A DNA stretch of 63,270 nucleotides from an uncultured Oscillospiraceae bacterium (GCA_964371875.1 CAYJOS010000001.1:1-63270); one strand, 5' to 3'. Counted from the first letter of the stretch, positions 1-10,184 are shown. The notes: a model not told the origin generated them from the sequence alone. Program-made: numbers and translations.

Positions 1-266
1 GAAATTTATTTAATATCTCAAAAATGTATAATTGGTGAAAACTAATAATTTTACAGCAATAAAATGTATATATTTCACATTTCTGTTGCTTTGGGCTATT
101 GTATAATCCTACAAAATTGGGTTTTTATAGAATGAAAATGGAAAAAAATAAGCAAAAATCTCTTGCTAAACACATTGCTTTGTTGTATTGTAAAGGAGCA
201 CAAGCTAAATGCTTTTTGGTTCTGGGCAGAACACGAAAAGCAATAAAAATTTGGAGGAGAATTACA

Positions 267-893
267 ATGATTGAAAATGTAAAACAAGCTATTATCACAG
301 GTAAACTTAAAAAAATCGAAGGTATCGTTCAAGAAGCTCTTGACGGTGGCGCTCAAGCTCCAGAACTTCTAGATGCTATGATCGGCACAATGGACGTTGT
401 TGGTGAAAAATTCCAAAGAAACGAAATCTTCGTTCCTGAAATGCTAGTTGCTGCTCTTACAATGAAAAAAGGTGTTGCTGTTCTTAAACCTCTTCTAGGT
501 AGCACTGATACAAACAGCTATGGCAAATACATCATCGGTACAGTTGAAGGCGACCTTCATGATATCGGTAAAAACCTTGTTGCTCTTATGGTTGAGAGTG
601 CTGGTTTCGAAATCATCGACCTTGGCGTTGACGTACCACCTGCAAAATTCGTTGAAGCTATTAAAGCTAACCCAGAATGCAAAGTCGTTGGTATCTCAGC
701 TCTACTAACAACAACAATGCAAGCTATGAAAGACACAGTTGCTGCTATCAAAGAAGCAGGACTTGACAGCCAAGTTAAGATGATGGTTGGCGGAGCTCCC
801 ATCACTCCTGAATTCGCTGCTGAAATCGGCGCTGACGCTTTCACACCAGACGCAGGTTCTGCTGCTAACAAAGCTAAAGAACTAGCTTCTTAA
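267..893 (+). CDS. Cobalamin-binding corrinoid protein (helical cap plus B12-binding Rossmann domain, MtaC/MtbC or MetH cobalamin-module type)
   Basis: Part of ORF 99..893. The internal ATG at 267 follows GGAGGA at 253-258. A DxHxxG cobalamin-ligand motif is seen as GDLHDIGKNLV, followed by GISALLTTTM and MVGGAP. Confidence 0.85.
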   Translation: MIENVKQAIITGKLKKIEGIVQEALDGGAQAPELLDAMIGTMDVVGEKFQRNEIFVPEMLVAALTMKKGVAVLKPLLGSTDTNSYGKYIIGTVEGDLHDIGKNLVALMVESAGFEIIDLGVDVPPAKFVEAIKANPECKVVGISALLTTTMQAMKDTVAAIKEAGLDSQVKMMVGGAPITPEFAAEIGADAFTPDAGSAANKAKELAS

Positions 894-910
894 TCAATTT
901 AAAAATACTA

Positions 911-938
911 AAGCCTCCGGTTTTCCGGAGGCTTTTTT
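911..938 (+). terminator. Rho-independent terminator after the corrinoid gene
   Basis: aagcctccgg (911-920) pairs with ccggaggctt (925-934) across a tttt loop and is followed by a T-run. Confidence 0.8.
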
Positions 939-957
939 CAATAGGAAATTACAAATT

Positions 958-1326
958 ATGCATGATTTTACACACGAACACAATCACGACCACACACATG
1001 ACCATGACCACAGCCACGGTCACGACCACCACCATCACAGTCACGGGGAACACGGGCACACCCACTCCCCTGAGGAAACTCGTGCAGTTGTTAACAGACT
1101 TTCGAGAGCTATTGGGCATCTTGAAAGTGTTAAACGCATGGTTGAAAGCGGAAAAGACTGCTCTGATGTTTTAATTCAGCTTTCGGCGGTTAAATCCGCG
1201 CTTAACAACACGGGTTTGCTCATCCTTCAAAGCCACATTGAACACTGTTTGGTTGATGCTGTTCAAAATGGTGACCTTGAAGCTATCAAAGATTTGAATA
1301 AGGCGATTTCACAATATATGAAATAA
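958..1326 (+). CDS. csoR: CsoR-family metal-sensing repressor with a His-rich N-terminal tail
   Basis: The core RLSRAIGHLESVKRMVESGKDCSDVLIQLSAVKSAL...SHIEHC is DUF156/CsoR-like. Cys, His (+25) and Cys (+29) have the spacing of the Cu(I) C-H-C fingerprint. The first 35 or so residues are H/D-rich. Confidence 0.8.
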   Translation: MHDFTHEHNHDHTHDHDHSHGHDHHHHSHGEHGHTHSPEETRAVVNRLSRAIGHLESVKRMVESGKDCSDVLIQLSAVKSALNNTGLLILQSHIEHCLVDAVQNGDLEAIKDLNKAISQYMK

Positions 1327-1348
1327 ATGAGTGAAAGGAAGGAAGATT

Positions 1349-2020
1349 ATGACACGTTTTCTCCTGAATTTTGAAGTTTTACTCACATTTGATGATGTCA
1401 AAAAAAGGCTTAAACTCGAGGGCAAAGACTATGAAGAAGATGTCTTGGAATTGTATGAACAGGCGATGAAAATTGCTAAACCCAAGGCGGTCTATGCTGA
1501 ATGTTATATTGATGAGATGACGGAAAATTCCGTTACCATAAACGGTGAAGTTTTTACCAGTCCTTTGATGGTGAAAAATTTGGATGGATTACATCGAGTT
1601 TTTGCCTATGCCTTAACTTGCGGGACTGAGGTTGATAAATGGTCACACGAAGAGGAAGATTACATTTCTCAAATGTGGCTGGATACCATTAAAGAGTTGA
1701 TTTTAATGGACGCAAGAAAGCAATTTTTTGCACATATTAAAGACAAATATAAAATCGAAAAACACTCAACAATGAACCCAGGCTCTGGAAACGCTGATGT
1801 CTGGCCGATTTATCAACAGCTTGGACTGTTTAACTTGCTTGGAGATGTGGAAAAAGATACAGGCATTGTTTTACAAAAAAGTATGCTTATGACTCCAACA
1901 AAATCAGTTTCGGGAATACTTTTCCCATCCGATAAAGAGTTTGTCAACTGCGCTTACTGTACAAAAATTGACTGTCCAAGCAGAAAAGCACCCTATAATC
2001 CTGAGATGCTTGACCATTAA
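1349..2020 (+). CDS. Protein resembling the methionine synthase (MetH) reactivation/activation domain, stand-alone, with a C-terminal Cys cluster
   Basis: The ATG at 1349 follows AAGGAAGG. The block NPGSGNADVWPIYQQLGLFNLLGDVEKDTGIVLQKSMLMTPTKSVSGILFP resembles the Met_synt_B12 core. The tail carries CAYCTKIDCP. The start is 23 nt after csoR, so the two are probably co-transcribed. Confidence 0.6.
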   Translation: MTRFLLNFEVLLTFDDVKKRLKLEGKDYEEDVLELYEQAMKIAKPKAVYAECYIDEMTENSVTINGEVFTSPLMVKNLDGLHRVFAYALTCGTEVDKWSHEEEDYISQMWLDTIKELILMDARKQFFAHIKDKYKIEKHSTMNPGSGNADVWPIYQQLGLFNLLGDVEKDTGIVLQKSMLMTPTKSVSGILFPSDKEFVNCAYCTKIDCPSRKAPYNPEMLDH

Positions 2021-2021
2021 A

Positions 2022-2056
2022 AATACCCCGTGGTTTTTAAAAAACCACGGGGTATT
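2022..2056. terminator. Bidirectional terminator hairpin between convergent genes
   Basis: aataccccgtgg (2022-2033) pairs with ccacggggtatt (2045-2056). The loop is A/T-rich and there are T-runs on both strands. Confidence 0.8.
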
Positions 2057-2059
2057 CTT

Positions 2060-3124
2060 TTAACCAAAACTTACATTTTCAGGTGATACAGTTAATGGAG
2101 AATGTTCCAAGCCACCGTGTCCGAAGATTGCATAGCTTTCAAATGTACCGTCTTCGTATGTGCAAATGAAGGTATAGTGCGCCATGCTACCTGGGAATGT
2201 TAACCAAGTTACCAATGGAGTGTATTCATTAAAATTTGTTGTTTCATAAATTTTCTCGCCAGGAACAAAAATTAGCTCGTCCTCAAACATTTCGGTTGTT
2301 CCTTGTGAGTACATTTCAAATTTTGTGACAGGTCTGTCTGTTGTTAGCATAACTTTTTGACCATACTCTAAGTATTGGTCACCAAATTCATCGTAGCCTT
2401 CATACTCTCTCAAAATTGCGTCAGTAGTTAAAAAATAGCCGTTAATAGGGCTTGCTTTAAATGGATTTCCGTCAACGTAAATTTCATCAAATTTCTCAGC
2501 AGTGAAAATTCCGTCCTCGATTAGTTGTTCATAAAGCGTGGTGTCGGTGCTTTTGAACTCAGCAAAAAGTGCTGCCCCAGTGATTACAAGCGCATCAGAG
2601 CGAAGTAGATATTCTGATTGTAAATTTACTGGTCTAATTCCGACAAAATATGACAAATCATAAGGCTCGTCCCATGAAAAATCAGCATATTCAGCATCGG
2701 TGTAGCCTAAGGCTCTGAGCAAAATTGTGTGGTAAAGTCCGTCAGTTGCCATATCTTCTGCGCCCATCATTGTATCGGAAATACCGTTTACGAGTCCGTT
2801 TTGATAGGCATATGTTGCATAACCGTCCGCCCAACTGGGAACATCTGTAAATGGATGGTCTTTTTCCATGTCAACTGCTTCTGCGTCTTTGCCGAGCAAG
2901 CGGATTAATAAGGTAACCATTTCCATTTTTGTTAGGTTTCTTTCGAGTCCGTGGTCAACAACACCGTTCTCATCCTCGGAAATGCCTTTAACAAGTCCTA
3001 ATTCATAGAGTTTTTCTGCGACTTCGTAGCCTTGTTCAAGGTTACCCTCGGTGTAAAAAGCTGCGGCTGATGTGCTGAGCAACAAGCCAGTTGCCAGAAA
3101 TAATGCGAGTAATCTTTTTTTCAT
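2060..3124 (-). CDS. Secreted SLH-domain cell-wall-associated protein
   Basis: The N-terminal signal peptide is MKKRLLALFLATGLLLSTSAAA. SLH-like repeats are present (FTDVPSWADGYATYAYQNGLVNGIS...ILLRALGY). The C-terminal half has no recognised domain. Confidence 0.7.
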   Translation of the reverse strand: MKKRLLALFLATGLLLSTSAAAFYTEGNLEQGYEVAEKLYELGLVKGISEDENGVVDHGLERNLTKMEMVTLLIRLLGKDAEAVDMEKDHPFTDVPSWADGYATYAYQNGLVNGISDTMMGAEDMATDGLYHTILLRALGYTDAEYADFSWDEPYDLSYFVGIRPVNLQSEYLLRSDALVITGAALFAEFKSTDTTLYEQLIEDGIFTAEKFDEIYVDGNPFKASPINGYFLTTDAILREYEGYDEFGDQYLEYGQKVMLTTDRPVTKFEMYSQGTTEMFEDELIFVPGEKIYETTNFNEYTPLVTWLTFPGSMAHYTFICTYEDGTFESYAIFGHGGLEHSPLTVSPENVSFG

Positions 3125-3215
3125 GGTTTTTCCCTCCTGTTTTTTTAATATTGTATCATTTATTGCAGAAATTTACAATATTAAATTACAATATCTAACT
3201 TGTAATTTTTAACAT

Positions 3216-3254
3216 AAAAAAGCCGATACATTGATTAAAATCTTTGTATCGGCT
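3216..3254 (-). terminator. Rho-independent terminator of tyrS
   Basis: agccgataca (3221-3230) pairs with tgtatcggct (3245-3254). On the minus strand the hairpin is followed by a U-run (plus-strand aaaaa at 3216-3220). Confidence 0.75.
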
Positions 3255-3259
3255 CTTTA

Positions 3260-4483
3260 TTACGAAATTTTAGCTCTCATAAAGTTTTTCTTACCTCTTT
3301 TAACGACAATTCCGTCGCCTTCAAGGTCAGAAATTTCAAAAGTTTTTCCTATATCTGTAACTTTTTCACCCATGGCTTCAACGCCACCTTGTTGAACATT
3401 TCTGCGTGCCTCACCTTTTGAGGGGCAAAGTCCGCACTTCACAAGTAGGGTTAAAATGTCGATTTTTCCGTCAGTGAGGTCTTCAGAAGTTAGGCAAACT
3501 TCGGGCATATTTGCAGCTCCACCGCTTGAAAATAGAGCTTTTGCAGCGGTTTGAGCCTTTTCTGCTTCCTCTTCGCTGTGTACTAATTTTGTAAGCTCGT
3601 AAGCCAAAATTTCCTTAGCACGGTTTAGTTCAGCACCTTCCCAAGAGTCCATAGCGTTGATTTCTTCAATGGGTAAAAATGTAAGCATTCTGATGCATTT
3701 TAGGACATCATCATCGGCAACATTTCTCCAATATTGGTAGAAATCAAAAGGTGAAGTTTTGTTCGGATCAAGCCAAACAGCACCCGAAGCGGTTTTACCC
3801 ATTTTTTGACCTTCAGAGTTTAAAAGCAGTGTGATTGTCATAGCGTGGGCATCTTTTCCAAGCTTACGGCGAATGAGTTCAGTTCCGCCAAGCATGTTCG
3901 ACCATTGGTCGTTTCCGCCGAATTGCATGTTGCAATCGTGGTGCATGAAAAGGTGGTAAAAATCGTAACTTTGCATAATCATATAGTTAAATTCAAGGAA
4001 AGACAAACCCTTTTCCATGCGCTGTTTATAGCACTCAGCACGAAGCATGTTGTTAACAGAAAAACAGTGTCCAACATCACGAAGTAGCTCGACATAGTTT
4101 AAGTCCAAAAGCCAGTCAGCATTGTTAATCATAACTGCTTTGTCTTCACCAAAATCGATGAATTTTTCCATTTGTTTTTTGAAACAATCGCAGTTGTGTT
4201 GAATTGTTTCAGGTGTCATCATGTTTCGAAGGTCTGTTCTGCCCGACGGATCGCCTATCATTCCAGTACCACCGCCGATAAGTGCGATGGGCTTGTTCCC
4301 TGCCATTTGCAGACGTTTCATAAGGCAAAGAGCCATGAAATGTCCGACGTGTAGAGAGTCGGCAGTTGGGTCAAATCCTATATAAAATGTAGCTTTTCCG
4401 TTGTTTACAAGCTCCTTAATTTGCTCCTCGTCAGTGACTTGAGCGATAAGCCCACGGGCCACTAATTCGTCATATACTTTCAT
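3260..4483 (-). CDS. tyrS: Tyrosine--tRNA ligase
   Basis: The class I signatures HVGH (SLHVGHFM) and KMGKT are present, and there is a C-terminal S4-like domain. The ATG at 4483 lies 9 nt from AAGGGGA, which is better than the ATG at 4492. The gene overlaps the recN 3' end by 14 nt. Confidence 0.95.
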   Translation of the reverse strand: MKVYDELVARGLIAQVTDEEQIKELVNNGKATFYIGFDPTADSLHVGHFMALCLMKRLQMAGNKPIALIGGGTGMIGDPSGRTDLRNMMTPETIQHNCDCFKKQMEKFIDFGEDKAVMINNADWLLDLNYVELLRDVGHCFSVNNMLRAECYKQRMEKGLSFLEFNYMIMQSYDFYHLFMHHDCNMQFGGNDQWSNMLGGTELIRRKLGKDAHAMTITLLLNSEGQKMGKTASGAVWLDPNKTSPFDFYQYWRNVADDDVLKCIRMLTFLPIEEINAMDSWEGAELNRAKEILAYELTKLVHSEEEAEKAQTAAKALFSSGGAANMPEVCLTSEDLTDGKIDILTLLVKCGLCPSKGEARRNVQQGGVEAMGEKVTDIGKTFEISDLEGDGIVVKRGKKNFMRAKIS

Positions 4484-6191
4484 TTTTTCCATTCCCCTTT
4501 TGTAAATTTCTGTGTTGTATTTTAAAGTTTTCAGCAGCTAAAAGTTGCTCTTTTGCACTCTTTAAAGTTGTTTCGGTTATGACATCACCGCCGTGAAGTC
4601 TTGCGAGTTCCTCTGCCCTGCCCTCGTCGCTTAAAACGCCGACGGAGGTTATGGTTTCGTCCTTTTTCTCGGCTTTTAAAATGTGAAAATGCCTGTCCGC
4701 CATGGCGGCAATTTGTGGTAAATGAGTGACGCACAAAACCTGCCTGTGCAGTGATAATGAGCCAAGTTTTTCGCCAACTCTTTGCGCCGCAATTCCCGAA
4801 ACTCCAGTGTCGACTTCGTCAAAAACCATAGTGCCCACGGCTTCGGTTTCGGCAAAAACATTCTTGATTGCAAGCATAATTCTTGAAAGCTCACCGCCCG
4901 AGGCGATGTTTGCAATTCGCCCAGCTGCCATGCCCTTGTTTGCAGTCATGAGGAAGCGAACTTCGTCGCAACCTGTTTTGTCAAAACCATTTTTTTGAGT
5001 GGATTTTGCAATTTCTACTACAAATTTTGCTGAAGGCATACTTAATTCAGTTAGTTCGGTTTCTATACGCTTTTGTAGTAAAAGAGCAGATTTTTGACGT
5101 GCTTTTGTCAATTTTTCGCCGATTTCTAAAACAAAGTTTCTGTCTGTATCAAGCTGTTTTTGTATTATTTGAAGTTTATCGGAGGAAAATTCTAAGCCGT
5201 TTAATTTCTCTTCACACTCTTTTAAATATGCAGGTAATTCATCGGCATCACGATTATATTTCTTTTGCAATCTGCGAATTTTTTGAATTCTCTCTTCAAT
5301 ATTGTCATATTCGTCAGGTGAAAATGATAAATTTCCCAGGAAATCTCTTATGGTTTCGACAGCGTTTTCAATCGAAAGTGTAGCAGTGTTAAGGCTGTCA
5401 TTTGCGTCTGAAATGTCACGAGAAAAGCTCATGGCTCGGCTGACAAAATCCCCTGCCTCAGAGCAGAGTGATGCTGCATTTGCCTCACCATCAGCAAGTA
5501 ATTCAAGGGCAGATTGGAGCGAGGAAGTCAACTTTTCGGAGTTTCTCAAAAGCTCTCGTCTTTCGGATAATTCTTCAAATTCTCCGACCTCAATTTTAGC
5601 TTCGGAAAGCTCTGAAACTGTGAATTTTAGGTTCTCAATTAAACGCTCTTTCTCGGCATCGTCCATGCTGAGAGAGTCGAACTCTTTGAGGGTTTCTCTC
5701 CATTTTTTATATGCTTCATTATATTTTAAAATTACATTTTTATAGTCGCCAAAAGTGTCTAAAAATCCAAGATGATTTGCTTCGTCGAGCAGTTGTCTGC
5801 CGTCGTTTTGACCGTGAATGTCAATGACGGAAGCGGCAAGTTCTCGAAGCTGAGAAGCAGTGGCAGGAGCGCCATTAATTCTAGCGCTGGACTTTCCATC
5901 ACCTGTCATTCTTCGAGTGATAATCAGTTCATCATCAGCTTCCATTTCGTTTTCCGAAAGCCAAGTAAGAGTTTCTTTTGAATGTGAAAAAACTGCGGTG
6001 ACAGAGGCTTTTTCACAGCCTGAACGCACCAAATCACGGGAAACACGTCCACCCATAATCGCGTTTAATGAGTCAATAATTATGGATTTACCAGCACCCG
6101 TTTCACCTGTTAGTACATTAAGTCCCTCGGTAAATTCAATGTCGGCTTTTTTAATAACTGCTATGTTTTCAATATGAAGTTCGGTCAGCAT
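4470..6191 (-). CDS. recN: DNA repair protein RecN
   Basis: Walker A is GETGAGKS, the middle is a long coiled coil, and the C-terminal ABC signature is SGGELSR with MVFDEVDTG. Confidence 0.95.
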   Translation of the reverse strand: MLTELHIENIAVIKKADIEFTEGLNVLTGETGAGKSIIIDSLNAIMGGRVSRDLVRSGCEKASVTAVFSHSKETLTWLSENEMEADDELIITRRMTGDGKSSARINGAPATASQLRELAASVIDIHGQNDGRQLLDEANHLGFLDTFGDYKNVILKYNEAYKKWRETLKEFDSLSMDDAEKERLIENLKFTVSELSEAKIEVGEFEELSERRELLRNSEKLTSSLQSALELLADGEANAASLCSEAGDFVSRAMSFSRDISDANDSLNTATLSIENAVETIRDFLGNLSFSPDEYDNIEERIQKIRRLQKKYNRDADELPAYLKECEEKLNGLEFSSDKLQIIQKQLDTDRNFVLEIGEKLTKARQKSALLLQKRIETELTELSMPSAKFVVEIAKSTQKNGFDKTGCDEVRFLMTANKGMAAGRIANIASGGELSRIMLAIKNVFAETEAVGTMVFDEVDTGVSGIAAQRVGEKLGSLSLHRQVLCVTHLPQIAAMADRHFHILKAEKKDETITSVGVLSDEGRAEELARLHGGDVITETTLKSAKEQLLAAENFKIQHRNLQKGNGKNESI

Positions 6192-6215
6192 CGTCTGTCC
6201 CCCTGTGCCGTAAAA

Positions 6216-6665
6216 TTACAGCAATTCCTCAATTTCTTTGCAAAGTTTTTCGGCAGCTTCATTGGTTTTCATTGCCAAAAATGCAGTGTCGTCACCAGCT
6301 AAAGAGCCAACAAGTTCCTTGATATCCATGCCGTCTAGCGTTGAGCAAGCTGCATCGGCAAGGCCTGGTAAGGTCTTGATTACAATAATATTTTGTGCGA
6401 CGGCGTGACTGATTACACTCTCTCTGAAAATTTTTCGCAGTCTTAGATCATAGTCTTGCAAGTCATCTCTTTCGGCGGCAACATAGCGATATCTGCCACC
6501 TGTGGACAGCTCTTTGATCAATCGAAGCTCTTTAATATCACGTGAAACTGTTGCTTGAGTGCTCTTAACTCCACGGTTAATTAATGCTTCCATGAGCTGA
6601 TGTTGAGTTTCTACATCCTCATTTGCAATAATATCCAATATCACGTTTTGTCTTGATGTTTTCAT
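6216..6665 (-). CDS. argR: Arginine repressor
   Basis: At 149 aa it has the N-terminal winged helix (QATVSRDIKEL) and the C-terminal GTLAGDDT-like motif (GSLAGDDTAF). Confidence 0.9.
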   Translation of the reverse strand: MKTSRQNVILDIIANEDVETQHQLMEALINRGVKSTQATVSRDIKELRLIKELSTGGRYRYVAAERDDLQDYDLRLRKIFRESVISHAVAQNIIVIKTLPGLADAACSTLDGMDIKELVGSLAGDDTAFLAMKTNEAAEKLCKEIEELL

Positions 6666-6672
6666 TTTAAAA

Positions 6673-7530
6673 TTAAACCCCCAATTTTTCGTAAACTATA
6701 TCAAAAAAACTCTTATATCCGACTTGCGCCAAAATGGTTTTAAAGTTCGATTTTTTAACTTCTAAAATGTCGCCACTTTGAAGCGAAACAGCTTCACCGC
6801 CATCAATGGATAAAATAGCGTTTTTTTCGTTTAAATTGTCAATTTTTATCATAACACTTCCAGTAGGCGCAAGCACAAATGAATGAACCGTGCGGACATG
6901 TGCGCAGATGGGTGTGAGCAGAATATTTTCCGCTTCTGGCTCTGTCAATGGTCCGCCTGCTGAGAGTGAATAAGCCGTCGATCCTGTCGGAGTTGCGGCA
7001 ATTATTCCATCACCCGAAAAGCTTGAAATCACTTTTCCGTCACGCAAAATTTCAAGATAAACCATGTGGACAATTCCTGAAATAACAGCGTCATTTAGGG
7101 CGATATCTGAGTGAATAACTTCACCGTTTCGCACTAAATTTACATCTAACATCATGCGAACACTGCTTCTAAATTCGCCTTTAGCGGCAAGTGAAATTTT
7201 GTCAATTTCATCTTTGGAAATCTCTGCCATAAAACCCATGTGACCGAGGTTTATTCCGATGATAGGGACATCACATTTTGCGGCAAATTTTGCAAGTTTT
7301 AAAACAGTTCCGTCGCCACCCAAAGCAACAGCAAGCTTGGCATTTTTAATTGCGTGTTCAAGCGGTGTTATGCTGATTTTTTTTAAAATTTCATAGCTTT
7401 CTTCGTGTATAAAAAGTGGACTTATTACGGTGTTAAATCCATTATTTTCCAATAATTCTTTAACTTGTAAGGTGATTTTTAAATCCTTATCCCGAATTAA
7501 ATTGGGACACAGTGCAATGATTTCACTCAT
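6673..7530 (-). CDS. nadK: NAD(+) kinase
   Basis: The GGDGT motif (ALGGDGTVL) and the TPTGSTAYSLSAGGP motif are both present. Confidence 0.9.
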   Translation of the reverse strand: MSEIIALCPNLIRDKDLKITLQVKELLENNGFNTVISPLFIHEESYEILKKISITPLEHAIKNAKLAVALGGDGTVLKLAKFAAKCDVPIIGINLGHMGFMAEISKDEIDKISLAAKGEFRSSVRMMLDVNLVRNGEVIHSDIALNDAVISGIVHMVYLEILRDGKVISSFSGDGIIAATPTGSTAYSLSAGGPLTEPEAENILLTPICAHVRTVHSFVLAPTGSVMIKIDNLNEKNAILSIDGGEAVSLQSGDILEVKKSNFKTILAQVGYKSFFDIVYEKLGV

Positions 7531-8347
7531 TTTTCCCCTCCGAAACTTGCTTTAATGAGGCATGGGATAAGCTTACAATTTCCTTGGGGTCAACGCAAAA
7601 ACGGCTTTCAAATTCGCCTTTTTTCAACCAAGCAAGGTATTCGATATTGCCCTCAGGGCCTTTGACAGGTGAAAAATTTAAGCCAATTATTGAAAATTCG
7701 GTTTGGCTGATATGCTCAATGAAGTTAAGCAAAACTTCCTCGTGTATCTCTGGTTCACGGACAACACCTTTTTTTCCGACCTTGTCTTTGCCTGCTTCGA
7801 ATTGAGGTTTTATCAGACATAAAATGTCCCCATTATCCTTTAAAAGCTGTGAAACAGCAGAAATTACTAACTTTATTGATATAAAACTTAAGTCCATAAC
7901 TGCAAGATCAAACTTTTCATTTATATCTTCAGGGGTGACATTCCTGATATTTGTCCGCTCCATGGAAACAACTCTCTCGTCGTTTCTAAGCTTCCAAGCG
8001 AGTTGACCATAGCCAACATCAACCGCATAAACTTTTTTTGCTCCATTTTGAAGCAAGCAATCTGTGAAACCGCCAGTCGAAGCTCCGCAGTCTATGCAGG
8101 TTAAGCCTTGAGGGTCATATTCAAAAACTGAAAGTGCTTTTTCAATTTTCAATCCACCACGGCTGACATATTTTAGGGTTTCGCCCCTGACTTCCACCAC
8201 GCAATCCTCAGGGACGCTCATTCCGGGTTTGTCGGCACGTTGTCCGTTGACGAAAACAATTCCACTCATCACAGAAGTTTTCGCACGCTCACGACTTTCG
8301 GTGAGTCCCCTGTCGAATATGAGTTGGTCAAGTCGAATTTTAGCCAT
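7523..8347 (-). CDS. tlyA: TlyA-family rRNA 2'-O-methyltransferase (hemolysin A-like)
   Basis: There is an N-terminal S4 domain (RLDQLIFDRGL) and an FtsJ-type SAM site (IDCGASTGGFTD). The ATG at 8347 follows AGGAGA. The upstream ATG at 8362 lies inside that RBS. Confidence 0.9.
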   Translation of the reverse strand: MAKIRLDQLIFDRGLTESRERAKTSVMSGIVFVNGQRADKPGMSVPEDCVVEVRGETLKYVSRGGLKIEKALSVFEYDPQGLTCIDCGASTGGFTDCLLQNGAKKVYAVDVGYGQLAWKLRNDERVVSMERTNIRNVTPEDINEKFDLAVMDLSFISIKLVISAVSQLLKDNGDILCLIKPQFEAGKDKVGKKGVVREPEIHEEVLLNFIEHISQTEFSIIGLNFSPVKGPEGNIEYLAWLKKGEFESRFCVDPKEIVSLSHASLKQVSEGKNE

Positions 8348-10184
8348 CGTGTTTCTCCTCATGTGAGTTTTTTAATAAGGTAAGACAGGTTTTTGCAATG
8401 CTTTCACTGTCGATTTTTGCAAGTTTTTTCAGTTCTGAAACTTCGCCATGCGTTAAAATTCCGTCACCTAAATTTAGGCATTTTACTTCGCAGTTTAGCA
8501 GTGGGGAAAGTTCAATTCCAACACTGCCAGCAGAGCAAACTTCCTCGACAATAACAGCGCATTTGCAGTTTTTTGTCATTGAAATTATCTTTTCTTTATC
8601 CAGTGGATTTATGATATTTAGCTTGATTATTTTGGCAGAAATATCAATTTTTTTAAGCAAATCCACTGCATCCAAAGCTTCATTTATCATAGTTCCATAG
8701 ACTATAATTGCGACATCTTCGCTCTCGCCGATTTCCACAACAGAGCTTGAAATTAGGCAGTCTTTATATCGCCCCTCGGCTCCTCTTGGGTATCTGATAG
8801 CGACAGGAGTTTGGATTACATTAATTGCCATGTCGAGCATTTTTTCTAATTCCACATAACTTGATGGACATAGAATTGTCATATTCGGAACAGTTTTTAG
8901 CAAGCTTACATCATAAACGCCGTTATGAGTTTCGCCGTCAGCGCCGACAATTCCTGCACGGTCGATAGCAAAAACCACATGGTGATTTGAAAGTGAAACA
9001 TCATGAATCATCATGTCAACAGTTCGCTGTAAAAAACTGGAGTAAACCGCAAAAACAGGACAAACTCCCTGAGCGGCAAGCCCAGCCGCCATTGAAACAG
9101 CGTGGCCTTCGGCTATGCCGACGTCGAAAATTCTGTCGGGAAAATTACTTGCAAAATTTGTAAGTCCAGTTCCACTGCCCATGGCAGCTGTGATTGCGAC
9201 AATGGACTCATCTTTTTCGGCGAGTTTTGTAAGGGTAGAACCGAAGACATCGGAAAAGGAATTTGAAGATTTTTTAACTCCGATTTTCGGGTCAAAAGAC
9301 GACACTCCGTGGTAAGTAGCAGGGTCTGCCTCGGCGAAAGGATAGCCTCTCCCCTTTTGGGTTTTAACATGTAAAAGTACAGGCTTTTCCATATCTTTTG
9401 CCATAGTTAAAGTGTGTTCAAGTTGTTTTATATTGTGTCCGTCCACAGGTCCAAGGTAGTAAAAACCCATACCTGTGAAAATGTTTTCTGGTAAAAATAT
9501 GCTTTTAATACCCTCTTTAATTCTGTGAGTGAGGGCATAAATTGGCAGAAAATTTCGCATAATTCGGCGATAAGCACGCTTAAATCGAATATAACCGCTT
9601 TTTACTCTAAGTTTCGACAACATACGAGCAGTTCCGCCGACATTTTGGGAAATACTCATTTCGTTGTCGTTTAAAATGACGACCATAGGCTCGCCGCTTC
9701 CACCGACGTTGCTCAAGCCCTCGTAAGCCAAACCGCCAGACAAAGCTCCGTCACCCAAAAGGCAGGCAACTGAATAGTCTTCATCCAAAACTTTTTTCGC
9801 CTTTGCCATTCCGAAAGCGACAGAAACAGAGTTTGAAGCATGACCTGCGATGAAGGCATCGTGAGTGCTTTCTGATGGTTTCGGAAAGCCTGAAATTCCG
9901 CCTGTATGCCTTAATTTTTCAAAGCCTTCTTGTCTTCCTGTTAAGATTTTATGGACATAACATTGGTGTCCAACATCAAAAATCAGTCTATCTTTTTCGG
10001 TGTCATAAACTCGGTGAATTGCAAGTGTAAGCTCAACAATTCCAAGATTTGAAGCCAAATGACCGCCGTTTTTTGAAACTTTTTCTATTAAAAATTCACG
10101 TATTTCTTCAGAAAGACTGTCTAGCTCTTTATAACTTAACTCCTGTAATTTGTCAGGAGATGTAATCGTATTTAAAATATTCAA
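8340..10184 (-). CDS. dxs: 1-deoxy-D-xylulose-5-phosphate synthase
   Basis: TPP-binding GDGALSGG and transketolase-like domains are present. The ORF opens at TTG 10244 with no RBS. The in-frame TTG at 10184 is preceded by GAGGA with an 8-nt spacer and gives the usual N-terminus (LNILNTITSPDKLQELS). Confidence 0.9.
   Translation of the reverse strand: MNILNTITSPDKLQELSYKELDSLSEEIREFLIEKVSKNGGHLASNLGIVELTLAIHRVYDTEKDRLIFDVGHQCYVHKILTGRQEGFEKLRHTGGISGFPKPSESTHDAFIAGHASNSVSVAFGMAKAKKVLDEDYSVACLLGDGALSGGLAYEGLSNVGGSGEPMVVILNDNEMSISQNVGGTARMLSKLRVKSGYIRFKRAYRRIMRNFLPIYALTHRIKEGIKSIFLPENIFTGMGFYYLGPVDGHNIKQLEHTLTMAKDMEKPVLLHVKTQKGRGYPFAEADPATYHGVSSFDPKIGVKKSSNSFSDVFGSTLTKLAEKDESIVAITAAMGSGTGLTNFASNFPDRIFDVGIAEGHAVSMAAGLAAQGVCPVFAVYSSFLQRTVDMMIHDVSLSNHHVVFAIDRAGIVGADGETHNGVYDVSLLKTVPNMTILCPSSYVELEKMLDMAINVIQTPVAIRYPRGAEGRYKDCLISSSVVEIGESEDVAIIVYGTMINEALDAVDLLKKIDISAKIIKLNIINPLDKEKIISMTKNCKCAVIVEEVCSAGSVGIELSPLLNCEVKCLNLGDGILTHGEVSELKKLAKIDSESIAKTCLTLLKNSHEEKHDG

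Noticed and set aside
99-266. A 56-codon N-terminal extension of the corrinoid protein ORF, and similar upstream extensions of the ORFs for dxs (10185-10244), ispA, xseB, asp23, pda, thiN, the ANL enzyme and the aminotransferase.
   Set aside because: The extensions lack an RBS, add non-homologous sequence, and often overlap the upstream gene. In each case an internal start with a good Shine-Dalgarno gives the canonical N-terminus.
958-1062. The His/Asp-rich tract at the 5' end of the csoR-like gene, considered as a possible low-complexity artefact or a separate peptide.
   Set aside because: It is in frame and continuous with the CsoR core behind a single start codon. Metal-binding His tails are known on metalloregulators and metallochaperones, so it is kept as part of the CDS.
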